A DNA stretch of 64,000 nt from contig OZ244981.1 in the NCBI GenBank assembly GCA_965223085.1, positions 4,550,559 to 4,614,558 of the forward strand. The letters run 5' to 3'. A program made the position numbers and the translations under genes. A model generated the notes under the pieces. It saw only the letters and a list, made by a program, of their open reading frames with translations. It did no database searches and was not told the origin of the DNA. Positions within the stretch are counted from its first letter, which is position 1. Each line of letters begins with the position of its first letter. This stretch comes from Gammaproteobacteria bacterium (GTDB lineage: Bacteria > Pseudomonadota > Gammaproteobacteria > Ga0077536). This document shows, piece by piece, positions 27,524 to 37,148 of this stretch.

Positions 27524-28726
27524 ATGCGCGTAACTAATATCGACAGTTTCCGACGTTCGGTCGACGCGTTGCAATTTATTCATCAAAAAGTCGCGCAGCT
27601 GCAGCAGCAAGCCTCCTCCGGCAAGCGGCTGCTGGCACCGTCAGACGATCCCGTCGCGGCCGGTGAAGTGCTGGATATCGATGCGCGGGTGAAATCGCTG
27701 GACCAATATGCACGAAATGCGAATTTGCTGAACTTGCGTTTGAGCGAGCAGGAAAACGCCATTTCGTCCGCTTCGGATGCGCTCAATCGCGTACGCGAGC
27801 TCGTCGTGCGCGGTAAAACCACCGCTTTGAGTCAAGCGGATCGACGCTATATCGCGGCCGAACTCGAGGAACGTTTGGCGGAATTTAAAGAACTCGCAAA
27901 TTCGCGCTCTGCAAACGGCGATTATATTTTTGCCGGTACGGCGGTGGATACACCACCGTTCAGTCGGGATGCAAGCGGTGCGATGGTCTATAACGGTAAT
28001 CAATCGATTCGCGAGATCAAAATCAGCGATTTTCGTACGCTGCGCGAAGGCGTGCACGGCGCTGAGGTATTTATGGCGATACGCAACGGCAATCGTACGT
28101 TCAATATGGGAATGAATCAGGCGAACGTGGGCACCGGCCGTATCGTCGATGACGTCGTCACCGACGTCGCAACCTATCAAGCACACGATTTTCGCATCGT
28201 CTTCAGTGCACCGGACACGTTCGACGTCATCAATGACACTACGGGTGCAACGGTTCTGGCCGGTCAAAGTTATGTCGATGGGATCGGCATTCAGTTCAAC
28301 GGTTTATCGGTCGCGATAACGGGCGAACCAGTGGCGGGCGATGAGTTTACGATTCAACCGAGCGCGCATCAGTCGATTTTCACGACCATGGAGAAGCTAA
28401 TCGCGGAGATTTCTGCTGGCGCGGTCGCGCCCGCGGCCCAAGCCCAGTTCAACTTTAATATGGATCATGCTTTGGGCGACATCGACCAAGCTCTGGACCG
28501 GATGCACGAAGTGCGCGCGACGATCGGCGCACGCCAAAATGCCCTGGATTCGCAATTGCGTACGAATGAGGATCTGGGGGTACAGCTCAAAACCGTGCGC
28601 TCCGAACTCGAAGACGCCGATATGATCGATGTGCTCAGCCGGCTCGCGCGCGAGACGACGGCCTTGGAAGCGGCACAAAAGACATTCGTACGCACCCAAG
28701 GATTATCGCTGTTCAACTACATATAG
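27524..28726 (+). CDS. flgL: Hook-associated protein FlgL
   Basis: SSGKRLLAPSDDPVAA, GDYIFAG, LSLFNYI. Confidence 0.95.
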   Translation: MRVTNIDSFRRSVDALQFIHQKVAQLQQQASSGKRLLAPSDDPVAAGEVLDIDARVKSLDQYARNANLLNLRLSEQENAISSASDALNRVRELVVRGKTTALSQADRRYIAAELEERLAEFKELANSRSANGDYIFAGTAVDTPPFSRDASGAMVYNGNQSIREIKISDFRTLREGVHGAEVFMAIRNGNRTFNMGMNQANVGTGRIVDDVVTDVATYQAHDFRIVFSAPDTFDVINDTTGATVLAGQSYVDGIGIQFNGLSVAITGEPVAGDEFTIQPSAHQSIFTTMEKLIAEISAGAVAPAAQAQFNFNMDHALGDIDQALDRMHEVRATIGARQNALDSQLRTNEDLGVQLKTVRSELEDADMIDVLSRLARETTALEAAQKTFVRTQGLSLFNYI

Positions 28727-28800
28727 TTTTCTGAGCTCGACCGCCGTGATTCGCCGTCGTAGGCGCAGCAAAGCCTCGCTCTTGTGGCCGCGACAAAACC

Positions 28801-28829
28801 TCGTCGTTCCCGCGCCGGCGGGAACCCAG
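28801..28829 (+). repeat. REP-like palindrome
   Basis: tcgtc-gttccc-gcgccggc-gggaac-ccag. Confidence 0.65.
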
Positions 28830-28975
28830 TGCAAAGAATTCCCCGTACACGCCGCTGAGAGCGGGATTGCGCCGCGCTTACTACCCAGACGCGACGCAAG
28901 CGGCGGCGTTCGCAGGGCTTAGACCCATCTCATAGGGGTGATCTGTGACCTCGCTCGCAGTTTAAATCGTTCGTC

Positions 28976-29002
28976 TCAAGGCGCTTTTGGCAACGTCGCT
29001 AA
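28976..29002 (+). promoter_or_regulatory. sigma28 promoter of fliC
   Basis: TCAAG-N14-GTCGCTAA, about 190 nt before the ATG. Confidence 0.6.
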
Positions 29003-29192
29003 ACACCGGCAGGAGGCTGTGAATATCCATTTAGGGTATATCAGCCAGTGTGCAACGACTCTCTGGCCAGGGCTGTTGCTGTAGACGTCTCGAAGGTTCT
29101 TAGCGAACCTTGCTCGATGCGGCGAAGCGCTGCTAAGCGCTCGAACTATAGACTGCGTCCTGGCCGCAGTGTCCCCAGCGGGAGTTCTACTC

Positions 29193-30584
29193 ATGCCGCA
29201 AGTTATTAACAGTAATATTCTGTCGCTGACCACTCAGCGTAACCTCAACCGTACGCAATCCGATCTCGCGACTTCCATTCAGCGTTTGTCGTCTGGTTTA
29301 CGGGTTAACAGCGCTAAAGACGACGCTGCTGGTCTTGCCATTAGCGACCGTTTCAACACTCAGATCCGTGGTTTGAACCAAGCGGTTCGTAATGCTAACG
29401 ACGGTGTGTCGTTTGCCCAGGTTGCCGAAGGTTCTTTGTCGACCATCAACGACGCTTTGCAGCGCATGCGTGAATTGGCGGTACAGTCGATCAACGACAC
29501 GAACTCACCGCAGGACCGTCAGTCGATCAACAACGAAGTGCAGCAGCTCATCGGTGAAGTCAACCGTATCTCGAGCACGACGCAGTTCAACGGCCAAAAG
29601 ATTTTAGACGGCACGCTTTCCAGCATGACGTTTCAAATTGGCGCCAACCAGAACCAAACTTTGAGCGTCACAGGTGTGGATGCGCGTGGTCAAATGTTAG
29701 GCGCACGAGTCGTCGAAGCCGGCTCGATTTCGCGTACGTCCCTCGATGCGATGATCGGTGCCGATGATGTCGTCATTAACGGTGCGGCGGTCGATTTATC
29801 GGGACTGACAGCAGGAAGCTCCTCGGTCGCTGATGTCGTGGAAGCGGTCAACGATGTCTTTCAGACATCCGGAGTTACCGCAGCAGTGGCGCCTAGCGCG
29901 AGCTCGGGCGACCTGACCTATACCAGCAATGCCTCTAACCAGACGATTTCGTTGAACGGCGTCGATATCGAAATTGGTGCGAATGCCTCCGTCGACGATG
30001 TCATTTCGACGATCAACTCCGCTACCGATGCGACCGGCGTGACCGCGTCCAACAATAGTGGTGCCGTCGTGCTCGCGTCCGATGGTCGTGATATCGAAGT
30101 TGTCGATGGCGGGTCGAACGGCGGTGCTGACATTCTCGGCGGTGACGAAGAGTTCTACGCCGGGATCGTGTTCAACGGTGCAGTCGGTGAGACGATTACT
30201 TTAGCTGGAACCTATACGAACACCGCGGGTACCGCAACATTGGCGACTATCGACGATACGTTCGCTGACGATGTGCTCAATGGTGCAAATGTCTTGACCG
30301 CGGACAGCGCTAACTCCGCGCTGCGGACACTGGACTTTGCGCTCCAGCAAGTGAGCTCTCTACGTTCCGAGTTCGGTGCTATTCAGAATCGTCTGACCAG
30401 CACGATTGCGAACTTGGAAGTGGGTGCCGAGAACTTCTCCTCCGCACGGTCACGCATCGTCGATGCCGACTTCGCGGTCGAGACCGCGCGCTTCACGCGA
30501 GCTCAGATCCTGCAACAAGCGGGTATCTCGCAGGTAGCGCAAGCCAACTCCTTACCGCAGTTGGTCTTGGGACTTCTCGGCTAA
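29193..30584 (+). CDS. fliC: Flagellin
   Basis: VINSNILSL, QRLSSGLRVNSAKDDAAGL, LQRMRELAVQS, RIVDADFAVETA. Start at ATG 29193 after GGGAG. Confidence 0.97.
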   Translation: MPQVINSNILSLTTQRNLNRTQSDLATSIQRLSSGLRVNSAKDDAAGLAISDRFNTQIRGLNQAVRNANDGVSFAQVAEGSLSTINDALQRMRELAVQSINDTNSPQDRQSINNEVQQLIGEVNRISSTTQFNGQKILDGTLSSMTFQIGANQNQTLSVTGVDARGQMLGARVVEAGSISRTSLDAMIGADDVVINGAAVDLSGLTAGSSSVADVVEAVNDVFQTSGVTAAVAPSASSGDLTYTSNASNQTISLNGVDIEIGANASVDDVISTINSATDATGVTASNNSGAVVLASDGRDIEVVDGGSNGGADILGGDEEFYAGIVFNGAVGETITLAGTYTNTAGTATLATIDDTFADDVLNGANVLTADSANSALRTLDFALQQVSSLRSEFGAIQNRLTSTIANLEVGAENFSSARSRIVDADFAVETARFTRAQILQQAGISQVAQANSLPQLVLGLLG

Positions 30585-30614
30585 TAGAGGTGCAATGGAC
30601 CTTAGGTTAATACC

Positions 30615-30655
30615 GTGACCGGCGTACCCAGGTGTTCCTGGGTACGCCGTGTCAC
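30615..30655. terminator. Strong hairpin between fliC and flaG (no U-tract)
   Basis: gtgac-cggcgtacccagg-tgtt-cctgggtacgccg-t-gtcac; 13-bp perfect stem. Confidence 0.55.
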
Positions 30656-30676
30656 CCGTTGACGGTGGATACGATT

Positions 30677-31093
30677 ATGGATCCAAGAATTACGTCAGTA
30701 CTGGTAGGGGGAGGCAAACCGGTGGAAGTTCCGCATAAGGAACAGTTGCACGGTGTCAAACGTGTCCCTGCGACAGTGACACCGGCAACGGCAACCGAAG
30801 CGGGAAACGTTAACTCGACGGAAAAAGCGGCTGAGACAGCAACGTCCCAGCCCGTCTCCGAAGAAAGTTTGCAGGAGCTCGTTGAAGGTTTGAACGTTAG
30901 CCAATCTTTAGAACGAACGCTGCGTTTTAGCGTCGACGAACGCGCGGGCCGGCCGGTGATCAAAGTTGTCGATCGCTACACCGATGAGGTGATCCGCCAG
31001 ATTCCGCCCGAAGTTGCGTTGAAAATCTCCGAGTCTTTAGACGCTGTGACGTACAACGCGTCAGCCGGCGTGCTGTTATCGGAGTTGGCCTGA
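30677..31093 (+). CDS. flaG: FlaG family protein
   Basis: LRFSVDERAGRPVIKVVD..T.EVIRQIPPEVAL. Start at ATG 30677. Confidence 0.9.
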   Translation: MDPRITSVLVGGGKPVEVPHKEQLHGVKRVPATVTPATATEAGNVNSTEKAAETATSQPVSEESLQELVEGLNVSQSLERTLRFSVDERAGRPVIKVVDRYTDEVIRQIPPEVALKISESLDAVTYNASAGVLLSELA

Positions 31094-31145
31094 AATTCGC
31101 AACGGATAAGCAGTGGTATCGCAAGGGTAACAATAGGATAACAAG

Positions 31146-32516
31146 ATGATCAGCTCACCCGGAATCGGCTCAGGGCTCGACGTCAACGGGATTGTCAGTC
31201 AACTCGTTGAAATCGAGCGCCAGCCTTTACAGCGTTTGGCGCGCGAGGAAGTTGGCATTCAAGCAAAGATCAGTGCCTTCGGCCAACTCAAAGGCGCTCT
31301 GAGCGAGTTTCGGGATGCGCTCAGTGGTTTGAACGATATTGCTGATTTTGACATTCTAGCGGCGAGTTCCAGCGACGAGGAGGTGTTGGCAGTATCGCTG
31401 GGCACGAACGCGAGCATCGGCACGCATAATATCGACGTCTTGCGCTTGGCGGAAAATCACCGCCTCGCGGCCGGCACGACTTTGCCGGACAGTGACACCA
31501 CGACCGTGGGCGCGGCCGGTGAGACGATGACGATCGACGTGGGCGGTTCCGCGTTTACCGTCGAGATCGGCGGCAAGACCTTGGACGAAATCCGCGCCGC
31601 GATCAATAGTGCCGCCGACAATAGTGGCGCGCGTGCCACGTTGTTCAATGATGGCACGAGTTCACGTCTGATGCTCAGCGCCGAGGAAAGCGGTGCCGAG
31701 TCGTTCATTACGGTCTCCTACAGCGGAGCAGATCCCTTTAGCTTTAGCGCGCTTAACGAAGACCGAGATGCAAACGCGGGTTTTAACGCCGATGATCTCA
31801 ATGCCGAGATCCTCGTCGAAGGCCAATTCAGCGTTACGCAGGGTGATAATTCCTTCGATGGTGTAATCCAGGGTGTGAACATGCAATTGGTCACGCCCGG
31901 TACGGCTACGATCTCGGTGCAAGAGAACACCGCTGAACTCGAGACCCGGGTGCAAGGTTTTGCCGATGCTTACAATGCGGCGCTCACGAGCTTACGTGAC
32001 TTGCGCAGCAAGACCTTAGATGATGATGCGAATGTGTTATACGCGATAGAGAATCAGATGCGCGGTGTCTTGAATGCCGTGACCCGCGGTACCGGTAACG
32101 CCTATCAATCGATCTTCGAGATCGGTTTTAGCAGCTCTTACTCGTTTGGCTCCAGCGCCGGCGATAACGGCAAGCTGTCGTTAGACAAAGCGGCTTTGAG
32201 CAGTGCGTTGCGCGAAGACCCGGACGCCGTCGCGCAATTGTTCGCCGCGCCCGATACGGGTGTGATTAAGAAAATGGATGCGCTGGTGAAGTCGTTCGTG
32301 ACATTCGAAGGTTTGATTGACGGCAAAACGAGCTCGCTGCAAGCGCGGGTCGAAGCGCTCGGTGGTCGCAAGGCGGCGTTAGAGCGACGCATAGCGCTCA
32401 CCGAGCAGCGCTTACTGGATCAGTTTAATGGCCTGGATACCTTAATGGCGCAGCTCAACTCGACCGGGTCTTTGGTAACCCAACAGTTATCACAACTCCA
32501 GCCGATACAGAGATAA
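31146..32516 (+). CDS. fliD: Filament cap FliD
   Basis: GIGSGLDVNGIVSQLV.IE; C-terminal QFNGLDTLMAQLNS. Confidence 0.95.
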   Translation: MISSPGIGSGLDVNGIVSQLVEIERQPLQRLAREEVGIQAKISAFGQLKGALSEFRDALSGLNDIADFDILAASSSDEEVLAVSLGTNASIGTHNIDVLRLAENHRLAAGTTLPDSDTTTVGAAGETMTIDVGGSAFTVEIGGKTLDEIRAAINSAADNSGARATLFNDGTSSRLMLSAEESGAESFITVSYSGADPFSFSALNEDRDANAGFNADDLNAEILVEGQFSVTQGDNSFDGVIQGVNMQLVTPGTATISVQENTAELETRVQGFADAYNAALTSLRDLRSKTLDDDANVLYAIENQMRGVLNAVTRGTGNAYQSIFEIGFSSSYSFGSSAGDNGKLSLDKAALSSALREDPDAVAQLFAAPDTGVIKKMDALVKSFVTFEGLIDGKTSSLQARVEALGGRKAALERRIALTEQRLLDQFNGLDTLMAQLNSTGSLVTQQLSQLQPIQR

Positions 32517-32638
32517 GTCCCAATAGACGCAAATGCGCGGCAAACTAGGGGGAAAGGCACGCTGCCACGATCGCGTCGCTCGGGCGACCGGCCGCTAGGC
32601 AAGGACAAAACAGCAAAACTATACGACAAGGTGGATTA

Positions 32639-33076
32639 ATGGGTCTAGCGAAACACGGTGGCGACGAGGCGATCGCAGAATATCGCAAAGTGGGTGTATC
32701 GACCGATATCGAAAATGCGTCCCCGCACAAACTCATACAGATGTTGCTGGAAGGCGCGATCGGCAAAATTCACCAAGCGCAGGGCTTCTTGGAGCACCAA
32801 GAAATTGCCCGTAAATGCGAACATATCGATTGGTCGATGGCAATTATCGAAGGGCTGAAAAGCAGCCTAGATATGGAGCAAGGCGGGGAAATCGCGCAAA
32901 ATTTGTTCGACCTTTATGATTACATGATTCGGCGACTCGCCCTCGCGAACGCCACGAATGATCCCACCCTGCTCGAGGAAGTGACCGGTCTGCTCATCGA
33001 AATTCGCACCGGGTGGGTCGGGATCGCGGGGCAGCTTGAAGACGCCACGACGAGCGCTGCGGAAGCGCCCTTGTGA
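32639..33076 (+). CDS. fliS: Flagellin chaperone FliS
   Basis: ASPHKLIQMLLEGA, SLDMEQGGEIAQNL.DLYDYM. Confidence 0.96.
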   Translation: MGLAKHGGDEAIAEYRKVGVSTDIENASPHKLIQMLLEGAIGKIHQAQGFLEHQEIARKCEHIDWSMAIIEGLKSSLDMEQGGEIAQNLFDLYDYMIRRLALANATNDPTLLEEVTGLLIEIRTGWVGIAGQLEDATTSAAEAPL

Positions 33077-33396
33077 GTGCCGCGGCGCCGAGTTCGCCCG
33101 CGTCGTGCGCCGCCAGCGCCGCGCTGGAACGCTTGTCACGAGCGATGATCGACGCCGCCGATGCCGGCGAGTGGGAGCGGGTCGGCACGCTCGACCGTGA
33201 ACGTCAAGTCATTCTTAGTCGCTTAGCGATCCCCGCCGGCGAGGCGCTGCGACAAACGTTGCGTTCGGCACTGCAATACGCGCAAACCGCGACGATGCAC
33301 TGTGAACGCAGCTTGATCGCGTTCCGTAAGGCGCAGCAAGTGGCGGCGGCCAGCGCGCGTAACGTCGCAAGTACCTATGCGGCGCACGCGGGCTGA
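33073..33396 (+). CDS. fliT: FliT-like chaperone
   Basis: AADAGEWERV..LDRER; positioned after fliS. Confidence 0.6.
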   Translation: MSAAAPSSPASCAASAALERLSRAMIDAADAGEWERVGTLDRERQVILSRLAIPAGEALRQTLRSALQYAQTATMHCERSLIAFRKAQQVAAASARNVASTYAAHAG

Positions 33397-33715
33397 GCGC
33401 TGCGTTGCGGCCGATGTGACATTTTATAACGACAATAATATGACGTCCATAGCCTATAAATATTAGTAGCTTGTATAAATATAATAATAAGTCTTCGGGA
33501 AAGAAGCGCTAAGTTCCCTCCAATAAAAGTTCCGAGCGCCACGATATTGGCGTATACTACCTGGGCATCATCGCCACATAACATCGCAGGCGACGCGGCC
33601 GAGCGCGGCTATCGGACGTCCCAGGGGAATGCGACCAGCGGCGCGTGCAAATACATACTCAGCAAGAAAAAACCGCAGGACACCATCGTGTCTTGTCAAG
33701 AGATTACTACAGCCC

Positions 33716-35152
33716 ATGCCCAATCCATCTGTGTTATTGATCGAACATGATCTCGAGCTCGCCGCTGATATCGGAAAGCTTCTCACCTATGTCGGCCTGA
33801 CCGTCAGCACCTGCACTGCTGACGATAATTGGTCGGACGAGTTTGAAAAAAACGACGGCGCTAAACTCATCATTCTCGGCGGTTGCGGTAGTCGCGAGAA
33901 ATTGCGTGCTACGTTTCGGGCGCTAAAAGCGATCGACGCGTATGTGCCCGTCGTGTTACTGGGCAACGAATCCGAGCTCGGCGACGGTGTTACCCCGGAA
34001 ATGGACGCGGGGCTGCTCGATCGTTTGCATCTGCCGCTGCAGCACAGTGATGTGGAGCAAGTGCTGCAGAAAGTCGCGCTTTATTTGGAGAACCGACATC
34101 AAGCGGGTTCACCGCGATCCTTGGAACTGTTTCGTAACCTCGTCGGCAGCAGTGCCGGCATTCAACGGGTTCGCAGCATGATCGAAATGGTCGCAAAAAG
34201 TGATGCCAATGTGTTGATTGTTGGGGAGTCGGGTACCGGCAAAGAAGTGGTGGCGCGTCATATTCATCATCATTCCGTGCGCCGTAGCAAACCATTCGTG
34301 CCGTTAAACTGCGGCGCGATCCCCGCCGATCTGCTCGAAAGCGAATTGTTTGGACACGAGAAAGGCGCGTTCACCGGTGCGATTACTTCTCGCCAGGGGC
34401 GCTTTGAAATGGCCGACGGCGGCACCTTGTTTTTGGATGAAATCGGCGATATGAGTTTGCCGATGCAAGTCAAATTGCTGCGTGTATTGCAAGAACGCAC
34501 GTTTGAACGCGTCGGCTCGAACAAAAGCGTGCATACCAACGTACGGATCATTGCCGCGACCCACGTCAACCTCGAGCGTGCGATCCTCGACGGACGTTTT
34601 CGCGAAGATTTGTATTATCGCCTCAACGTGTTTCCTATCGAGACGCCAACGTTGCGACAACGCCGTGAGGATCTACGGTTGTTGATCAACGATCTGGTCG
34701 AACGCTTAGCTCACGAAGGGCGAGGCAAAATTAAGCTTTCCGAGGCAACGATCAATTCACTGATGCACTACAATTGGCCAGGCAACGTGCGGGAACTTGC
34801 TAATCTCATTGAACGCTTGTCGATTCTCTATCCAAACGGCGTCATCGATGTGCACGACCTGCCCGATAAATATCGCGTCGCCTCGGCCGCTGTTGCGACC
34901 ACAGTTGGCAACGGCGACAAACCGCACGCTGCGATGGAAGAGCACGCCGAAACACGGTTGCCACGCGCTGGGATCGATTTAAAGCAACACCTAACTGAAG
35001 TGGAAGCGAGTCTCATAACCCAGGCGCTGGAAGAAGAGAATTGGGTCGTTGCGCACGCGGCGAAGCGTCTCCATATGGGGCGTACGACATTGGTCGAGAA
35101 AATGCGCAAACTTGGTTTGCAGCGTCAGCAGGGGCAGGCGCAAATGCAATGA
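33716..35152 (+). CDS. fleQ: sigma54-dependent master regulator FleQ/FlrA
   Basis: Atypical receiver domain, LFRNLVG, GESGTGKE, GAFTGA, LFLDEI, C-terminal HTH. Start moved to ATG 33716. Confidence 0.92.
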   Translation: MPNPSVLLIEHDLELAADIGKLLTYVGLTVSTCTADDNWSDEFEKNDGAKLIILGGCGSREKLRATFRALKAIDAYVPVVLLGNESELGDGVTPEMDAGLLDRLHLPLQHSDVEQVLQKVALYLENRHQAGSPRSLELFRNLVGSSAGIQRVRSMIEMVAKSDANVLIVGESGTGKEVVARHIHHHSVRRSKPFVPLNCGAIPADLLESELFGHEKGAFTGAITSRQGRFEMADGGTLFLDEIGDMSLPMQVKLLRVLQERTFERVGSNKSVHTNVRIIAATHVNLERAILDGRFREDLYYRLNVFPIETPTLRQRREDLRLLINDLVERLAHEGRGKIKLSEATINSLMHYNWPGNVRELANLIERLSILYPNGVIDVHDLPDKYRVASAAVATTVGNGDKPHAAMEEHAETRLPRAGIDLKQHLTEVEASLITQALEEENWVVAHAAKRLHMGRTTLVEKMRKLGLQRQQGQAQMQ

Positions 35153-35197
35153 GTACGGCCGTACACGCTGGGGCCAAAACGATGGGGAGGATGCGTC

Positions 35198-36886
35198 ATG
35201 ACCCAAGTAGACGGTGGTGTCATCATTGGGCGCCTGCTCAAAGAGCAAGGCATCAAATATCTTTTCGCCGTTAACGGCGGACACATTTTTCCCATTCTCG
35301 CGAATATTCGCGATCACGGCATCAAGCTCATTCATATGCGCCACGAACAGGCGACTGCGTACGCCGCCGACGCCTATGCGCGCCTCACGCGCACGCCGGG
35401 TGTTTGCGCAGTGACCGCAGGGTGTGGTTTGACCAACGCGGTGACCGGTCTGTGTACGGCTGCGCTGACAAATAGCGCCGTGGTGTGTTTGTCTGGCCAA
35501 CATCCTACGACGGAAGATGATATCGGTTCGTTTCAGGAGGCCTATGGTTCCGAGCTTGTCGGTTCGTTCGCAAAATACACTAAGCGGGTGCTGGATTGGT
35601 CGACAATAGAGATCGACCTTAGGCAATCGTTTCGCGAAGCGCTTAATCCACCCCAGGGTGTATCTTTGTTGGAGATCCCAACCAATATTCTCTACCACGT
35701 CGATGACGCTGCGAAACAGCGCCCGGGCGCGAAGGTATATGAGCTCGATGAGCTGCGGGCGCAAGCCGACCCGCGCAAGATCGAGCAACTCGCCGCGGCC
35801 TTTGTGGCTGCGGAGCGACCCTTGATCGCCGGTGGTGATGGCATTTTTTGGTCGGATGCAAGCGCGGAACTGCGAGAGTTGGCCGAGTTGACTCATACGC
35901 CGGTTTACTGCCGCCGCGCCGGGCAAGGGGCCTTGGATGAAGCCCACCCCCTGGCAATTCGAGGTGCATGGAAGAAACCGTTTACCGGGAGCGCGGATTT
36001 AGTCGTGGCGATCGGTTTTCGTTTTTGGAGTGGTGAGAAATTCGGTCAACCCCCGACTTGGACGGACCAGGCAAGCTATGTCCAGATCGATACCGATCCC
36101 CAGCGGATCGGTTGGCATGTGCCGGCCGAACTCGGGATCATCGGCGATCCCAAGCTCGTCATGCGGCAACTAATCGATTTTATTCGTATCCATGAGATCG
36201 ATTTCGCTGCGAAACAGGAGAGCGCATGGCTGCAGCAAGTCGGCACGGCACGGGCAAACTTCGCCGCGACGATCGAGGCGCGTGCGCAAGCGACTCATGA
36301 CGAAGTACCGGTGCATCCCGATCGTCTCATCAAGGAGATGACTGAAGTGATCGACGACGACGCGACGATCATCGTCGATAGTTTCACCTTGAGCGGCTAT
36401 ACAAGCCAGTGGTTTACTGCTCACCAGATGGGCCAGATCGTCGATGCCGGACCGTTGGCACCGGTGGGACACGGCGTTGGCATGGGTATTGGTGCGCAGC
36501 TCGCGCGCCCTGGTAAACAGGTTGTCGTGATTTCGGGTGACGGTGGCCTCGGCATCGGTGGCATGGATTTGGAGAGCGCCGCAAAATACGATATCCCGAT
36601 CGTTTGCCTACTGTGGAATAATAGTTCCTGGGGACCCGCGTTTGAATCAATGCCGGTACTGGCGGGCAAAACCGATCCCTTCGATATGTTGCCCGATATT
36701 CGCTACGACAAAGTTTTTGCGCCCATGGGCGTGCATACCGAGCACGTCGCCGGACCGGCAGACGTCAAAGTCGCACTCGAGCGTGCGTTGGCTTCGGGGC
36801 GTCCCGCCCTAATCAACGTTGTCGGTGATAAAAAGTACGGGCACCCGTCCTTGGGCGGAAACTTGCTCGGTTCGACGCAGCTATAA
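35198..36886 (+). CDS. Thiamine-pyrophosphate-dependent enzyme (acetolactate synthase-like / acyl-CoA lyase-decarboxylase superfamily)
   Basis: GGHI, RHEQATAYAADAYAR, TAGCGLTN; TPP motif GDGG-x(n)-WNN. Confidence 0.88.
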   Translation: MTQVDGGVIIGRLLKEQGIKYLFAVNGGHIFPILANIRDHGIKLIHMRHEQATAYAADAYARLTRTPGVCAVTAGCGLTNAVTGLCTAALTNSAVVCLSGQHPTTEDDIGSFQEAYGSELVGSFAKYTKRVLDWSTIEIDLRQSFREALNPPQGVSLLEIPTNILYHVDDAAKQRPGAKVYELDELRAQADPRKIEQLAAAFVAAERPLIAGGDGIFWSDASAELRELAELTHTPVYCRRAGQGALDEAHPLAIRGAWKKPFTGSADLVVAIGFRFWSGEKFGQPPTWTDQASYVQIDTDPQRIGWHVPAELGIIGDPKLVMRQLIDFIRIHEIDFAAKQESAWLQQVGTARANFAATIEARAQATHDEVPVHPDRLIKEMTEVIDDDATIIVDSFTLSGYTSQWFTAHQMGQIVDAGPLAPVGHGVGMGIGAQLARPGKQVVVISGDGGLGIGGMDLESAAKYDIPIVCLLWNNSSWGPAFESMPVLAGKTDPFDMLPDIRYDKVFAPMGVHTEHVAGPADVKVALERALASGRPALINVVGDKKYGHPSLGGNLLGSTQL

Positions 36887-36998
36887 ACCGCGCGCCGCGA
36901 CGCGCCGGCTTGTGCCGGCATCGGCGCCGTGTGCGTTAGTGCCGGGCTAATCGCGCGCCGCTGGCGGCTGGTAAGCACCGTAGCGAGCGTCAAGAACT

Positions 36999-37094
36999 GG
37001 CGTCAGGCCTTTGACGCCGTTGCCGTTTGCACCGCAGGCAGTGCTCGCTGGACGCCTAATTTCAAAGAGATAAGGTCCTGGCATAAACCTTGCT
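36999..37094 (+). promoter_or_regulatory. sigma54 promoter of fleSR with FleQ-box-like palindrome
   Basis: GGCGTCA-GGCCTT-TGACGCC at 36999-37018 (GTCA-N6-TGAC core) and TGGCAT-AAACC-TTGCT at 37079-37094. Confidence 0.72.
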
Positions 37095-37148
37095 CCCTTA
37101 CACGCAAGTTAATTTCGAAGCGCGTGAGCGACGGGAGCATTGCCCGCC

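Noticed and set aside
32535-32600. ggcaaac...gaaa before fliS as a c-di-GMP-I riboswitch
   Set aside because: The bases flanking GAAA do not pair and the GACGCAAAGCC and P3 elements are absent.
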